From: a virus
Lineage: Duplodnaviria > Heunggongvirae > Uroviricota > Caudoviricetes
IMG/VR virus record: IMGVR_UViG_3300044618_002782
Coordinates: 1 to 64,000 of that record
DNA length: 64,000 nucleotides
Strand: one strand, 5' to 3'
This document shows positions 1 through 7,500 of this stretch, piece after piece. Below the pieces are notes generated by a model. The model was not told the DNA's origin. It did no database searches and saw nothing but the letters and a program-made list of their open reading frames with translations. Position numbers and translations under genes: made by a program. Positions within the stretch are counted from its first letter, which is position 1, and every line of letters starts with the position of its first letter.

Positions 1-440
1 ACAATTATATCGCACAGGCCGCACGTAATGCTGCCTATAAGGCCGCACGTCGATATGATGCACTGACCATGAACGACAGTCGTGCTGCAATGGAACAAGA
101 AATGCGTGACATTATCACACAAACTCTTGCTGATGAAAAGCTCAACGGTTCGGTTACTATTACACAAGTATTAATCCGTCAGATTACTCCTGCAGATTCG
201 GTGGTTGCTAGTGCTAACGAGTTAGTTCGTGCTAAGAATGAGCTGTTGCAAAAAGAAGTTGAAGTTAAAACAGCCGAAGCAGAATCACGTCGTATGGCAG
301 CACTTACAAATCAAAGCTCGGCTAGTATTGCTTACATGAATGCACAAGCAGCACTTAACATCTCCGAAGGTGTCAAGAACGGTAAGGTACAGACCATTAT
401 TGTGCCTAGCAATATGACTGGGTTGATGATTGGGAAATAA
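1..440 (+). CDS. SPFH/band-7 (stomatin/prohibitin/HflC-like) domain protein, C-terminal part; 5' partial (reading frame open to window start)
   Basis: ORF 69..440 has no in-frame stop back to position 3. The sequence AEAESRRMAAL...NAQAAL is alanine/glutamate-rich and typical of the SPFH C-terminal helical region. Stop at 438-440 is followed by a hairpin terminator. Confidence 0.45.
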   Translation, partial: NYIAQAARNAAYKAARRYDALTMNDSRAAMEQEMRDIITQTLADEKLNGSVTITQVLIRQITPADSVVASANELVRAKNELLQKEVEVKTAEAESRRMAALTNQSSASIAYMNAQAALNISEGVKNGKVQTIIVPSNMTGLMIGK

Positions 441-462
441 ACAACACAATTAGTCAGAGTAC

Positions 463-487
463 GAAGCCCCGTCAGGGGCTTCTTTGT
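463..487 (+). terminator. rho-independent terminator hairpin GAAGCCCC-GTCA-GGGGCTTC followed by TTTGT
   Basis: Perfect 8-bp GC-rich inverted repeat with a T-rich tail, immediately after the stop at 440. Confidence 0.5.
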
Positions 488-504
488 GGCTAAATATTAC
501 TACT

Positions 505-894
505 ATGAGAATAACAGAAATTGCCCAAGATCCCAACATATGGCGCACTAATTTGCGCATAGGTCAATATTTAGATCCCAACACTGCTGAATTCGAAAAG
601 GCCGACGATTATTTAGATGCCGGACTACTGCATCAGGCTGCAGAAGCACAGATAGCAGCCGGAGTTGAACCTGAAGTAGCTACAGTAAATCCTGCTCAGC
701 TGTTTGCCACACAAGACTGGCTCAGCAACTACGGTAGTGATGGTGCTTTGTTTGATGAGTATGAAGATTTGCCAGTAGTTTACAAAAAAAACAATAGACT
801 TTATATATTAGACGGACACCACAGAAGTGCCCGGGCCTTGAAGTCGGGTACACCGATGCGTGTGTACGTGTTTGGCGACTCTACTACAAAATAA
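505..894 (+). CDS. ParB-like nuclease domain protein (LDGHHR motif)
   Basis: YILDGHHRSARAL matches the ParB/sulfiredoxin-fold DGHHR signature. The track ORF starts at 484, inside the terminator stem, so the internal Met (MRITEIAQ) at 505 is preferred. Stop TAA at 892-894. Confidence 0.5.
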   Translation: MRITEIAQDPNIWRTNLRIGQYLDPNTAEFEKADDYLDAGLLHQAAEAQIAAGVEPEVATVNPAQLFATQDWLSNYGSDGALFDEYEDLPVVYKKNNRLYILDGHHRSARALKSGTPMRVYVFGDSTTK

Positions 895-898
895 ACCT

Positions 899-2950
899 AT
901 GATAAAAAAGATCTTGCTAAGTCCCTGGACTGCGGTTGTTACTCTGGCCTTGATTGTAGGCATTCGTGCGGCCGATCCTGCATTTGTTGAAAGCGTTCGC
1001 TTGCGATATTTTGATACACTTATTGTTAATCAGTCTCCCACTGTCAACGAAATTTGGACTGTGGACATAGACGAAGCTGCAATCAACAAACATGGCCAAT
1101 GGCCCTTTCCCAGAACAATATATGCTGAGTTGATCGAAGAACTGTATCGCCGAGATGCTGGTCTGGTGGTATTCAATGTACTGATGCCAGAAACAGATCG
1201 TGCCGGCGGCGATGCTGCATTGTCGTCTGTAATGCAAAAGCACCTGGTAATCTTACCTAATATTCCAGCTGAACAAAATAAAAATACTCCACGTAGACCT
1301 GGATCTGCTGTGATTGGATCGCAATACTTGGATCGCATTGTGTCATATCCTGGCATGATCGCCAACATCCTAGAATTAGAACGATCGGCACGGGGAGTAG
1401 GAACTGTTCATACCTTGCCAGAATTAGACGGTGTCAATAGACGCATGCCGTTGGTGATTGCTGTAGGCGATAACTTGTACCCTAGCTTGGCATTTGAAAT
1501 CATGCGAGTGGCTGCATCTGATACTACATTTCAAGTCAAACTGAATGAGTCAGGAGTAGAACGCATACGTATTCCCAAGTTTGGTCCTGTTGCTACTGAC
1601 AGCCTGGGTCGGGTATGGATTGATTGGAGCCAAACTGCACATTCAACCACTATAACTACGTTACCTGAATCGTTTGATGGTGCCCTGGTCATTGTAGGTC
1701 CAACTGCAGCTGGTATCAGTAATCCAGTGGCAACCAGTTTAGGTGCTGTTCATCCTCATGCAGTACAGGCCGCAGTGGTAGGCACCCTGTTAAACGGTGT
1801 TGCAATCCAAAGACCAGACTGGGCAGACGGTGCTGAAATCGTAGCACTGGTCGTGTTGAGTATCATATTATTAATATTAACAAGGTGGGTTTATGTTGGA
1901 ATTATTTCTGCTGTTGTCGTGCTTGCTGGCAGTGTCGGTAGTAGCTTATATTTGTTTTCTGCTTATAGTTGGCTCGTGGATAGTAGTGCTATCGCTGTGG
2001 GCTTGGGTCTTGTTCTTCTGCATGCTTATGGTGTTAAGTTTGTAAGTGAGTTTTTGCAGAAGCAGGCTATTAAGAAACAGTTTGCTGGCTATGCTTCACC
2101 TACTGTGGTTCGACTGCTGCAAGAGAATCCCAGTCTAATCAAAGACGGTGTCAAGAAAGAAGTATCAATCTGCTTCAGTGACCTGCGTGGCTTTACACCC
2201 CTGGGAGAAAGTTTTGGGGACGATGTCAAAGGCCTAACAGAAGTCATGAACGGCTACATGGATGCTATCACTCGACCAATACTAGAAGCCAACGGTATGA
2301 TCATCAAGTACATTGGTGATGCAAGTATGCACATACACAACGCTCCTATAGATGATCCGGATCATGCAAAGACTGCTGTGGCAGTGGGACTCAAGATGGT
2401 TCAAGCAGTCAAAGAGTTCAGTCAAGAATTAGAAGCCAAAGGACGCCCTGGGGTCAAGATGGGTGCAGGTATCAACACAGGCCTAGGCTACATCGGCGAA
2501 ATGGGATCAACTGCACGACACAGTTATGATGTGTTGGGTGACGCTGTAAGTACTGCAGCTCGTATTGAAAGCAAGTGTAAAGAATATGGTTGTGTACTGT
2601 TAGTTGGAGAGAACACAGTCAAGCAATGCGGCGATTCGTTCTTGTTTCTCAAGATTGATGACTTGGCTGTCAAAGGCAAATCAGTCGGAGTTGGTATACA
2701 CACAGTATTAGATACTGATGCAGGTGCCATGACAGAATACTTAATGGCACAGACAACACACGACGAAATGCATCGTCTGTATCGAGCACAGGAATTTGAT
2801 CAAGCTATCGATCTTTGTCAAGAACTTAAATCAGAGTTCGATGGTCAAATGACCGATTACTATGACATGTGGATTGAACGCTGCGAGTTCCAAAAGACAC
2901 AAAAGTTACCAGCCGACTGGTCTGGAATTTTTATAGCTACAACCAAGTGA
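899..2950 (+). CDS. membrane-bound class III adenylate/guanylate cyclase with an N-terminal periplasmic CHASE2-like sensor domain
   Basis: Signal peptide/TM MIKKILLSPWTAVVTLALIVG. A ~300-aa extracytoplasmic region is followed by 3-4 TM helices (IVALVVLSIILLIL..., VGLGLVLLHAYGV). The cyclase core shows ICFSDLRGFTPL (F[ST]D[IL]xGFT signature) and IKYIGDASM, plus a helical C-terminal tail. ATG at 899 is preferred over the track's GTG at 860. Confidence 0.65.
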   Translation: MIKKILLSPWTAVVTLALIVGIRAADPAFVESVRLRYFDTLIVNQSPTVNEIWTVDIDEAAINKHGQWPFPRTIYAELIEELYRRDAGLVVFNVLMPETDRAGGDAALSSVMQKHLVILPNIPAEQNKNTPRRPGSAVIGSQYLDRIVSYPGMIANILELERSARGVGTVHTLPELDGVNRRMPLVIAVGDNLYPSLAFEIMRVAASDTTFQVKLNESGVERIRIPKFGPVATDSLGRVWIDWSQTAHSTTITTLPESFDGALVIVGPTAAGISNPVATSLGAVHPHAVQAAVVGTLLNGVAIQRPDWADGAEIVALVVLSIILLILTRWVYVGIISAVVVLAGSVGSSLYLFSAYSWLVDSSAIAVGLGLVLLHAYGVKFVSEFLQKQAIKKQFAGYASPTVVRLLQENPSLIKDGVKKEVSICFSDLRGFTPLGESFGDDVKGLTEVMNGYMDAITRPILEANGMIIKYIGDASMHIHNAPIDDPDHAKTAVAVGLKMVQAVKEFSQELEAKGRPGVKMGAGINTGLGYIGEMGSTARHSYDVLGDAVSTAARIESKCKEYGCVLLVGENTVKQCGDSFLFLKIDDLAVKGKSVGVGIHTVLDTDAGAMTEYLMAQTTHDEMHRLYRAQEFDQAIDLCQELKSEFDGQMTDYYDMWIERCEFQKTQKLPADWSGIFIATTK

Positions 2951-3193
2951 TTACTTGACCATGCTTAATATCAGTGTGCAGACTTGTACCAAGTGACGGA
3001 ATGCAATTTCGTTACCGGCACAAACTTCAGCAGCACGGATATCACGTATTTCAGACATTAAATGATGGCGTTCTTGGGCGGATAGGTCGCCACGAGCATA
3101 AGCATCTTCGATTGCTTGCATTTCTGTTGCAATACCAGTAAACACTGGATCTACCAGTTTGAGTTGTTCTAATACGTCAATTGAATTTATCAT
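2951..3193 (-). CDS. hypothetical protein (80 aa)
   Basis: ORF 2951..3205 re-started at MINSIDV (3193), which forms an ATGA overlap with the upstream lipoprotein stop. Last gene of a five-gene translationally coupled minus-strand operon. Confidence 0.35.
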   Translation of the reverse strand: MINSIDVLEQLKLVDPVFTGIATEMQAIEDAYARGDLSAQERHHLMSEIRDIRAAEVCAGNEIAFRHLVQVCTLILSMVK

Positions 3194-3531
3194 CTTCCTT
3201 CCCATGCTGTCCGTGCTGCTGAAATTCTTCCTGCTGCTGTTCTCTTTCCCAGTTCGCAGAATGTCTTGCTACCACCTTGATTCATGCGTTCTACGTGTTT
3301 ATATAGCCCTGCAAGATTGTCAGCCTGCGGATCATGGCGCCAGGCTGTATACCGTGACAAGGCCTGCGACTGCTGCATAGCCGGTTGCCAATTGGGTCGA
3401 TCGCAATCTACCTGTTCAACTTGTAGGCTCAATACTACCAATTGTCCGAACATAACAGGATCATGTGCTCGCGGTAGTAAGCTACATCCAGTTAAAGTCA
3501 CGGCTATCAACGCTGCGGCAAGATATTTCAT
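3190..3531 (-). CDS. lipoprotein (signal peptide + lipobox LTGC); o-spanin-like candidate
   Basis: MKYLAAALIAVTLTGCSLLP has a hydrophobic signal followed by an L-T-G-C lipobox. Mature part is Pro/Gln-rich with an additional Cys. Its ATG overlaps the stop of the upstream TM/coiled-coil protein (ATGA at 3528-3531). Confidence 0.5.
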   Translation of the reverse strand: MKYLAAALIAVTLTGCSLLPRAHDPVMFGQLVVLSLQVEQVDCDRPNWQPAMQQSQALSRYTAWRHDPQADNLAGLYKHVERMNQGGSKTFCELGKRTAAGRISAARTAWEGR

Positions 3532-3827
3532 TTTTTATCTTCGATTATCTTTTGATTAATTTTGTCTTCGGCTTCCACACGCTCATGTTCAATAGTTTTG
3601 CCACGCAAGTGTAGCACAGTATTGACTTTCTGATTGAGTCTGATTAAATCGTTATCTAACATACGGATACGATCAATAAGAGCGATCAAAACTGTATTGG
3701 CATCACTGATAACTGGCTTGATTTCGGTTGTGGCCCAGGTCCACACATACTTGATCATCATGCCCATTCCCGCTGCAGCCACAATAGGAAATCCGTACTT
3801 GCTGATTAGTTCTGCTATGTCGCCCAT
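3528..3827 (-). CDS. small membrane protein with N-terminal TM helix and C-terminal coiled coil (i-spanin-like or holin-like candidate)
   Basis: GFPIVAAAGMGMMIKYVWTWA is a TM helix. It is followed by a charged helical region (LIALIDRIRMLDNDLIRLNQKV...EDKINQKIIEDKK). Translationally coupled to the lipoprotein gene. Confidence 0.45.
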   Translation of the reverse strand: MGDIAELISKYGFPIVAAAGMGMMIKYVWTWATTEIKPVISDANTVLIALIDRIRMLDNDLIRLNQKVNTVLHLRGKTIEHERVEAEDKINQKIIEDKK

Positions 3828-4006
3828 CAGTCTTTGCTCCTTATAAATTTTTCTAGTGGATCTATTTTTATTAACTTCATGCGACCGTTTTCCTTGACCA
3901 ATCTAAAAACATCGCCGACTTCCCATCCTATTTTTTCAATGTCTAGTTCTCGATCAAACACTATGCTATCTGGGTATAAATCCCACTCGTAGTCATAAAA
4001 GCGCAT
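3827..4006 (-). CDS. hypothetical protein (59 aa)
   Basis: ORF 3827..4009 with a true ATG at 4006 (the first track codon is TTG). Shows 1-nt stop/start overlaps on both sides (TGATG). Confidence 0.3.
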   Translation of the reverse strand: MRFYDYEWDLYPDSIVFDRELDIEKIGWEVGDVFRLVKENGRMKLIKIDPLEKFIRSKD

Positions 4007-4287
4007 CAATCTCTCCTTGCGTCGTTTTTGCCGTCAGCTCGAGCAATACGCTCAACATCTGGTTTGAGACCCAAGGCATTTGATACCACGGCGTCAATTC
4101 GGACCACGTCGTGATTCATGGTTTTGACACGATTATCTAAAGCAGTGATAATTCCGGCCATGCCTTTTACTGCCGAAAGTACGCCAGCTAACAATAATTT
4201 AATAGTTAAGTATACAAAATAACCGCCGGTAATGGCAGCGGCAATTGGAAATCCCAGATCGGATATCAGTTTAAATATTTCGTTCAT
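4006..4287 (-). CDS. small membrane protein, paralog of 3528..3827 (N-terminal TM, C-terminal helical/charged)
   Basis: Shares the N-terminal pattern M..I..LIS..GFPI.AAA..G with 3528..3827. TM helix FPIAAAITGGYFVYLTIKLLLAGVL. First gene of the coupled operon. Confidence 0.45.
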   Translation of the reverse strand: MNEIFKLISDLGFPIAAAITGGYFVYLTIKLLLAGVLSAVKGMAGIITALDNRVKTMNHDVVRIDAVVSNALGLKPDVERIARADGKNDARRD

Positions 4288-4407
4288 ATTATTCTCTTTT
4301 TAAGTGCTCCATTAATATTTAGTCAACACCAATTTGTCTTCAGTGGGTATAGAAAACATCAATGCCGACTATTAAAAAATACAATAGGAAAACCCTATAA
4401 AAATACG

Positions 4408-4437
4408 TTGACTTATAGTATTGAAATCATATATAAT
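4408..4437 (+). promoter_or_regulatory. sigma70-like promoter TTGACT-N18-TATAAT upstream of the rubrerythrin-like gene
   Basis: TTGACT at 4408-4413 and TATAAT at 4432-4437. RBS AAAGGAG lies 7 nt before the ATG at 4493. Confidence 0.45.
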
Positions 4438-4492
4438 AGTTCAAGTCAGTACAAACACTGATATACACATTTTACATCGAAAGGAGTATTAC

Positions 4493-4933
4493 ATGTCAGA
4501 AAGTCTAAAAGGAAGTAAAACCGCAGAATGTCTAAAAGAAGCATTTGCAGGTGAGTCAATGGCCAATCGCCGTTATTTGTATTTTGCAAACTTGTGCGAT
4601 GTAGCAGGTGCGCCCGATGTAGCTGCCTTGTTTCGTTCCACTGCCGAAGGTGAAACAGGACATGCTCACGGTCACATGGAATTCTTGATCAACGGCGGAG
4701 CTGGCGAACCCGGAACAGGTATGCCAGGCACAACACCACAGGAAGCATTGGAAGCAGCTATTCATGGCGAAACCCATGAGTACACAGATATGTATCCAGG
4801 CATGGCTAAAACTGCTCGCGACGAAGGCTTTGACGAAGTTGCTGATTGGTTTGAGACATTGGCCAAAGCAGAACGCTCACATGCCAATCGCTATCAGCGA
4901 GCATTGGACGCATACAAAGCAGAACAAGAGTAA
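4493..4933 (+). CDS. rubrerythrin-like ferritin-fold diiron protein (no rubredoxin domain)
   Basis: N-terminal [21 protein letters not shown] matches the rubrerythrin E..x..AFAGES.A..RY motif. Later ExxH-type motifs present ([18 protein letters not shown]). True start at the internal Met with RBS; the track start at 4421 lacks an RBS. Confidence 0.6.
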   Translation: MSESLKGSKTAECLKEAFAGESMANRRYLYFANLCDVAGAPDVAALFRSTAEGETGHAHGHMEFLINGGAGEPGTGMPGTTPQEALEAAIHGETHEYTDMYPGMAKTARDEGFDEVADWFETLAKAERSHANRYQRALDAYKAEQE

Positions 4934-4959
4934 TTGTAGTCTAACTGTTGTTAACGGTG

Positions 4960-4986
4960 AAAAAGGGCCTTGACGGCCCTTTTTCT
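4960..4986. terminator. bidirectional-looking rho-independent terminator AAAAAGGGCC-TTGAC-GGCCCTTTTT
   Basis: 10-bp perfect inverted repeat flanked by an A-run and a T-run, directly after the stop at 4933. Confidence 0.6.
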
Positions 4987-5028
4987 ATTGTGTTATAATA
5001 TAGTTTTTAATGCTTAGAAGGAACGATT

Positions 5029-5448
5029 ATGTTGGAATGTTTAATATTAGGTGACTCAATTGCAGTAGGTACCAAACAATTTGCACCACAGTGTGAACTG
5101 GTCGGAAAAGGCGGCATCAATACATGGCAGTGGAATAACATGTATCCCACTGCCAATTTAACAGCCGGTGTTGTGATCATCAGTTTGGCCACCAACGACC
5201 ACAAATACATCAAGACTCCACAGGAATTGCGTAAGATGCGAGCTCGTGTCTCGAGCAATCGAGTCTTTTGGGTACTACCTGCTGGCAACTTAAAAGGCAG
5301 CGAAGTGCCAATTGAAACAATACAAGATTATGTAAAAACTGTAGCTGCTGAATACGGTGATACTATATTGCCTATTCACGGACTGCAAAAAGATGGGATT
5401 CACCCCAGCTGGAGTGGGTACCGAGACATTATCGAAAGAACAAAATAA
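5029..5448 (+). CDS. GDSL/SGNH-family hydrolase (esterase/lipase fold)
   Basis: N-terminal ILGDSIAVG (GDS block I). C-terminal DGIHPS (DxxH catalytic block V). Size typical of the family. Confidence 0.6.
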   Translation: MLECLILGDSIAVGTKQFAPQCELVGKGGINTWQWNNMYPTANLTAGVVIISLATNDHKYIKTPQELRKMRARVSSNRVFWVLPAGNLKGSEVPIETIQDYVKTVAAEYGDTILPIHGLQKDGIHPSWSGYRDIIERTK

Positions 5449-5516
5449 AAACAACGTGTCAGTTTTCTTTATTGCATCAATCATAAATAATTTCATAACA
5501 CTGCTAAGGATATTCT

Positions 5517-5852
5517 ATGTCACAATTATTAAAAGTACAATACGAAAAAAATAATGCAACCTTTGTAGATGGCAACGAAGCGTATGCCAATAAAAATTCT
5601 TTATATCCAGCTGAACTAGAACTATCTGTAACAGAAGGCAATAATGCTGCACTTGCTGACGGAGTTTTGTTAGAGCCAATTACGTACAATTGGGATCAGG
5701 AAATTTTTACTTTATCTATTAATAAGCATGTAGTTAGCGGCGATGAATACGAAGCAGTAAGAACATCATTTGGATACGATTCAGATGCTGCTCTTGCTGC
5801 CGATTCAGCAGCCGGTTGGACTTATTTGGGTACTGTTATAACCGAGCAATAA
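5517..5852 (+). CDS. hypothetical protein (acidic, 111 aa)
   Basis: Intact ORF, compositionally coding-like, followed by a terminator. Confidence 0.4.
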   Translation: MSQLLKVQYEKNNATFVDGNEAYANKNSLYPAELELSVTEGNNAALADGVLLEPITYNWDQEIFTLSINKHVVSGDEYEAVRTSFGYDSDAALAADSAAGWTYLGTVITEQ

Positions 5853-5877
5853 TGTTGTAAAAATACAACAAAAATCA

Positions 5878-5901
5878 AGCCCCAAACTGGGGCTTTTTTA
5901 T
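5878..5901 (+). terminator. rho-independent terminator AGCCCCA-AACT-GGGGCTTTTTT
   Basis: GC stem plus a 6-T run immediately 3' of the gene ending at 5852. Confidence 0.55.
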
Positions 5902-5929
5902 TGACCAAAAATACCAGATTTGTTATACT
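5901..5929 (+). promoter_or_regulatory. sigma70-like promoter TTGACC-N17-TATACT
   Basis: Same -35 hexamer and 17-bp spacing as the repeated early-promoter motif. Sits upstream of a 38-aa hydrophobic small ORF. Confidence 0.35.
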
Positions 5930-5935
5930 AACAGT

Positions 5936-6052
5936 ATGATAAAATCACATCCAAATCCTCCCAGCGCATTACGCAATTTTACTACGTTTTTTTTAATGGG
6001 ATTCGTTGAATTTTTGCTAGTTTTTATGTTGCTTTTTGGCATATTTTGGTAG
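5936..6052 (+). CDS. candidate small membrane peptide (38 aa, single TM helix)
   Basis: Manually translated: MIKSHPNPPSALRNFTTFFLMGFVEFLLVFMLLFGIFW. Below the ORF-track length cutoff. No clear Shine-Dalgarno sequence. Confidence 0.25.
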   Translation: MIKSHPNPPSALRNFTTFFLMGFVEFLLVFMLLFGIFW

Positions 6053-6078
6053 ACCAGAAATGCCATTTCGGCTATAAT
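6050..6078 (+). promoter_or_regulatory. conserved early promoter copy 1: TAGACC-N17-TATAAT
   Basis: TGGTAGACCAGAAA...GGCTATAAT...CAAAACAGGAGCAG is near-identical to the copy at 11027-11055, including the downstream RBS context. Confidence 0.55.
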
Positions 6079-6108
6079 GTATATACACTAACAAAACAGG
6101 AGCAGTAA

Positions 6109-6567
6109 ATGTCTAAGTTAATCTCTTTTGCAGGTTATAGCCGTGTAGCAGGTGAGCTCAAATTCCGTACTGCTACCGACGAAAAGCGTATTGAGCAGTT
6201 GGCCAAGCTGGGCGACACTGACATCAACATCATCAAACTGGCCGCACCAGTTGCCACAAAAAATGAAGCTGTTAAGGCAGTGTTGCAATTGTACGGCAAT
6301 GCCGAAGCAGAAGTCACAGCATTTTTGACTGCACAAGTCAAAGACGAGAATCCTTTTGCTAAGGCTCCCAAAGCCAAAAAAGAAGTCCGTGTTAAAGTAA
6401 AGATGTCTAAAGCCAAAAAAAGCAAGACTCCCGAGCCACGTGAGCTGACTGCCAAGGAATTGGCTGCTCTACAGTTTATCGCCTTCCCAGTAGGTAACGG
6501 TGCCATGGCCTACTACCCCAACCCTTTGAGCAAGGTTGCTCAAGACAGCGACGAAGTCGCTGTCTAA
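6109..6567 (+). CDS. hypothetical protein with a Lys-rich basic segment
   Basis: RBS AGGAGCAG upstream. The block KAPKAKKEVRVKVKMSKAKKSKTPEP suggests possible nucleic-acid binding. Confidence 0.5.
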   Translation: MSKLISFAGYSRVAGELKFRTATDEKRIEQLAKLGDTDINIIKLAAPVATKNEAVKAVLQLYGNAEAEVTAFLTAQVKDENPFAKAPKAKKEVRVKVKMSKAKKSKTPEPRELTAKELAALQFIAFPVGNGAMAYYPNPLSKVAQDSDEVAV

Positions 6568-6588
6568 TCTCGGACCAGGAGAAATGCA

Positions 6589-6789
6589 ATGCAGTCATCA
6601 AACAAACTTGATTGGTTTAAGAGTCAATACAGTGATGCTGATCTAGCTGAAATTTTGTCAGACTACCATAAGTCTGTACACGGATTTCGTAAACGCATGC
6701 ACGGAACAGGTCGATGCACACTAGTTCGTGAACTTGAATCATTAGATGCTTACTCAGCTAAGTACGGCTTCTACGAACAAATGGTGTAA
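6589..6789 (+). CDS. hypothetical protein (66 aa)
   Basis: RBS AGGAGA upstream; intact ORF. Confidence 0.4.
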   Translation: MQSSNKLDWFKSQYSDADLAEILSDYHKSVHGFRKRMHGTGRCTLVRELESLDAYSAKYGFYEQMV

Positions 6790-6867
6790 GATTACCAGAT
6801 ACAATGGCCTCGAAAGCCTTGAGTTCTGTGACAGTGATGAATGGATTAAAGCATAAAGGAGACAACT

Positions 6868-7470
6868 ATGCCAGCAGTATTTCTTGTAAGCGACACGCAC
6901 TTCGGGCACAACGGTGTCTGTCATTTCATGCGTAATGATGGCGAGACCAAACTTCGCCCATGGGACACCGCAGACGAAATGGACGAAGAAATGGTCCGGC
7001 GTTGGAACGATACTGTTCGCCCAAATGACAAAGTGTACCACCTGGGCGATGTAGTAATTAATCGCAAAGCACTGGGTATCATGCGGCGTCTCAACGGTGA
7101 TAAGGTTCTTATCCGCGGCAACCATGACATCTTCCGTGATGACGAATACAGACAGCACTTCCGCGAACTTCGTGCATACCACGTTCTTAACGGAATGATT
7201 CTTAGTCATATCCCTTTACATGAAGCAAGTCTCGGTCGCTTTGGCGTTAACATACACGGTCATCTTCATGCAAACCGTGTCGTGAAACCGCGCGGAGTAG
7301 ATGCTCGTACCGGTGAAATCTTATACAGCGATGAGATTGATACACGCTACCATTGTGTTTGTGTTGAGCAAACCGACTTTGCTCCTATTCTTTTTGAAGA
7401 TGTTATCAAACGGATCGAAGCCGAAGGCGGTCGAGTTGGGTTCCAATACGGCAACGGCCCTGCCATGTAA
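6868..7470 (+). CDS. calcineurin-like metallophosphoesterase (Ser/Thr phosphatase-like)
   Basis: Full motif set: VSDTHFGH (GDxHG-type), GDVV (GDxxDRG-type), RGNHD (GNHD/E), IHGHLH (GHxH). RBS AAAGGAG. Confidence 0.7.
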   Translation: MPAVFLVSDTHFGHNGVCHFMRNDGETKLRPWDTADEMDEEMVRRWNDTVRPNDKVYHLGDVVINRKALGIMRRLNGDKVLIRGNHDIFRDDEYRQHFRELRAYHVLNGMILSHIPLHEASLGRFGVNIHGHLHANRVVKPRGVDARTGEILYSDEIDTRYHCVCVEQTDFAPILFEDVIKRIEAEGGRVGFQYGNGPAM

Positions 7471-7500
7471 TACAGCAGGGCCGTAATAGAATTGCTTATC

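Noticed and set aside
484-504. Track start at 484 for the ParB-like ORF
   Set aside because: Position 484 lies inside the stem of the terminator hairpin at 463-487. The internal Met at 505 avoids this.
860-898. GTG start at 860 for the cyclase gene as given by the ORF track
   Set aside because: The 5' extension overlaps the ParB-like gene. An ATG at 899, directly after that gene's TAA, begins a classic signal peptide (MIKKILLSPW...) and is the more plausible start.
3159-3559. Plus-strand ORFs 3159..3380 and 3284..3559 (Cys-rich)
   Set aside because: Antisense to the lipoprotein/TM-protein operon. Cys/Ser/Arg-rich shadow-frame composition with no RBS.
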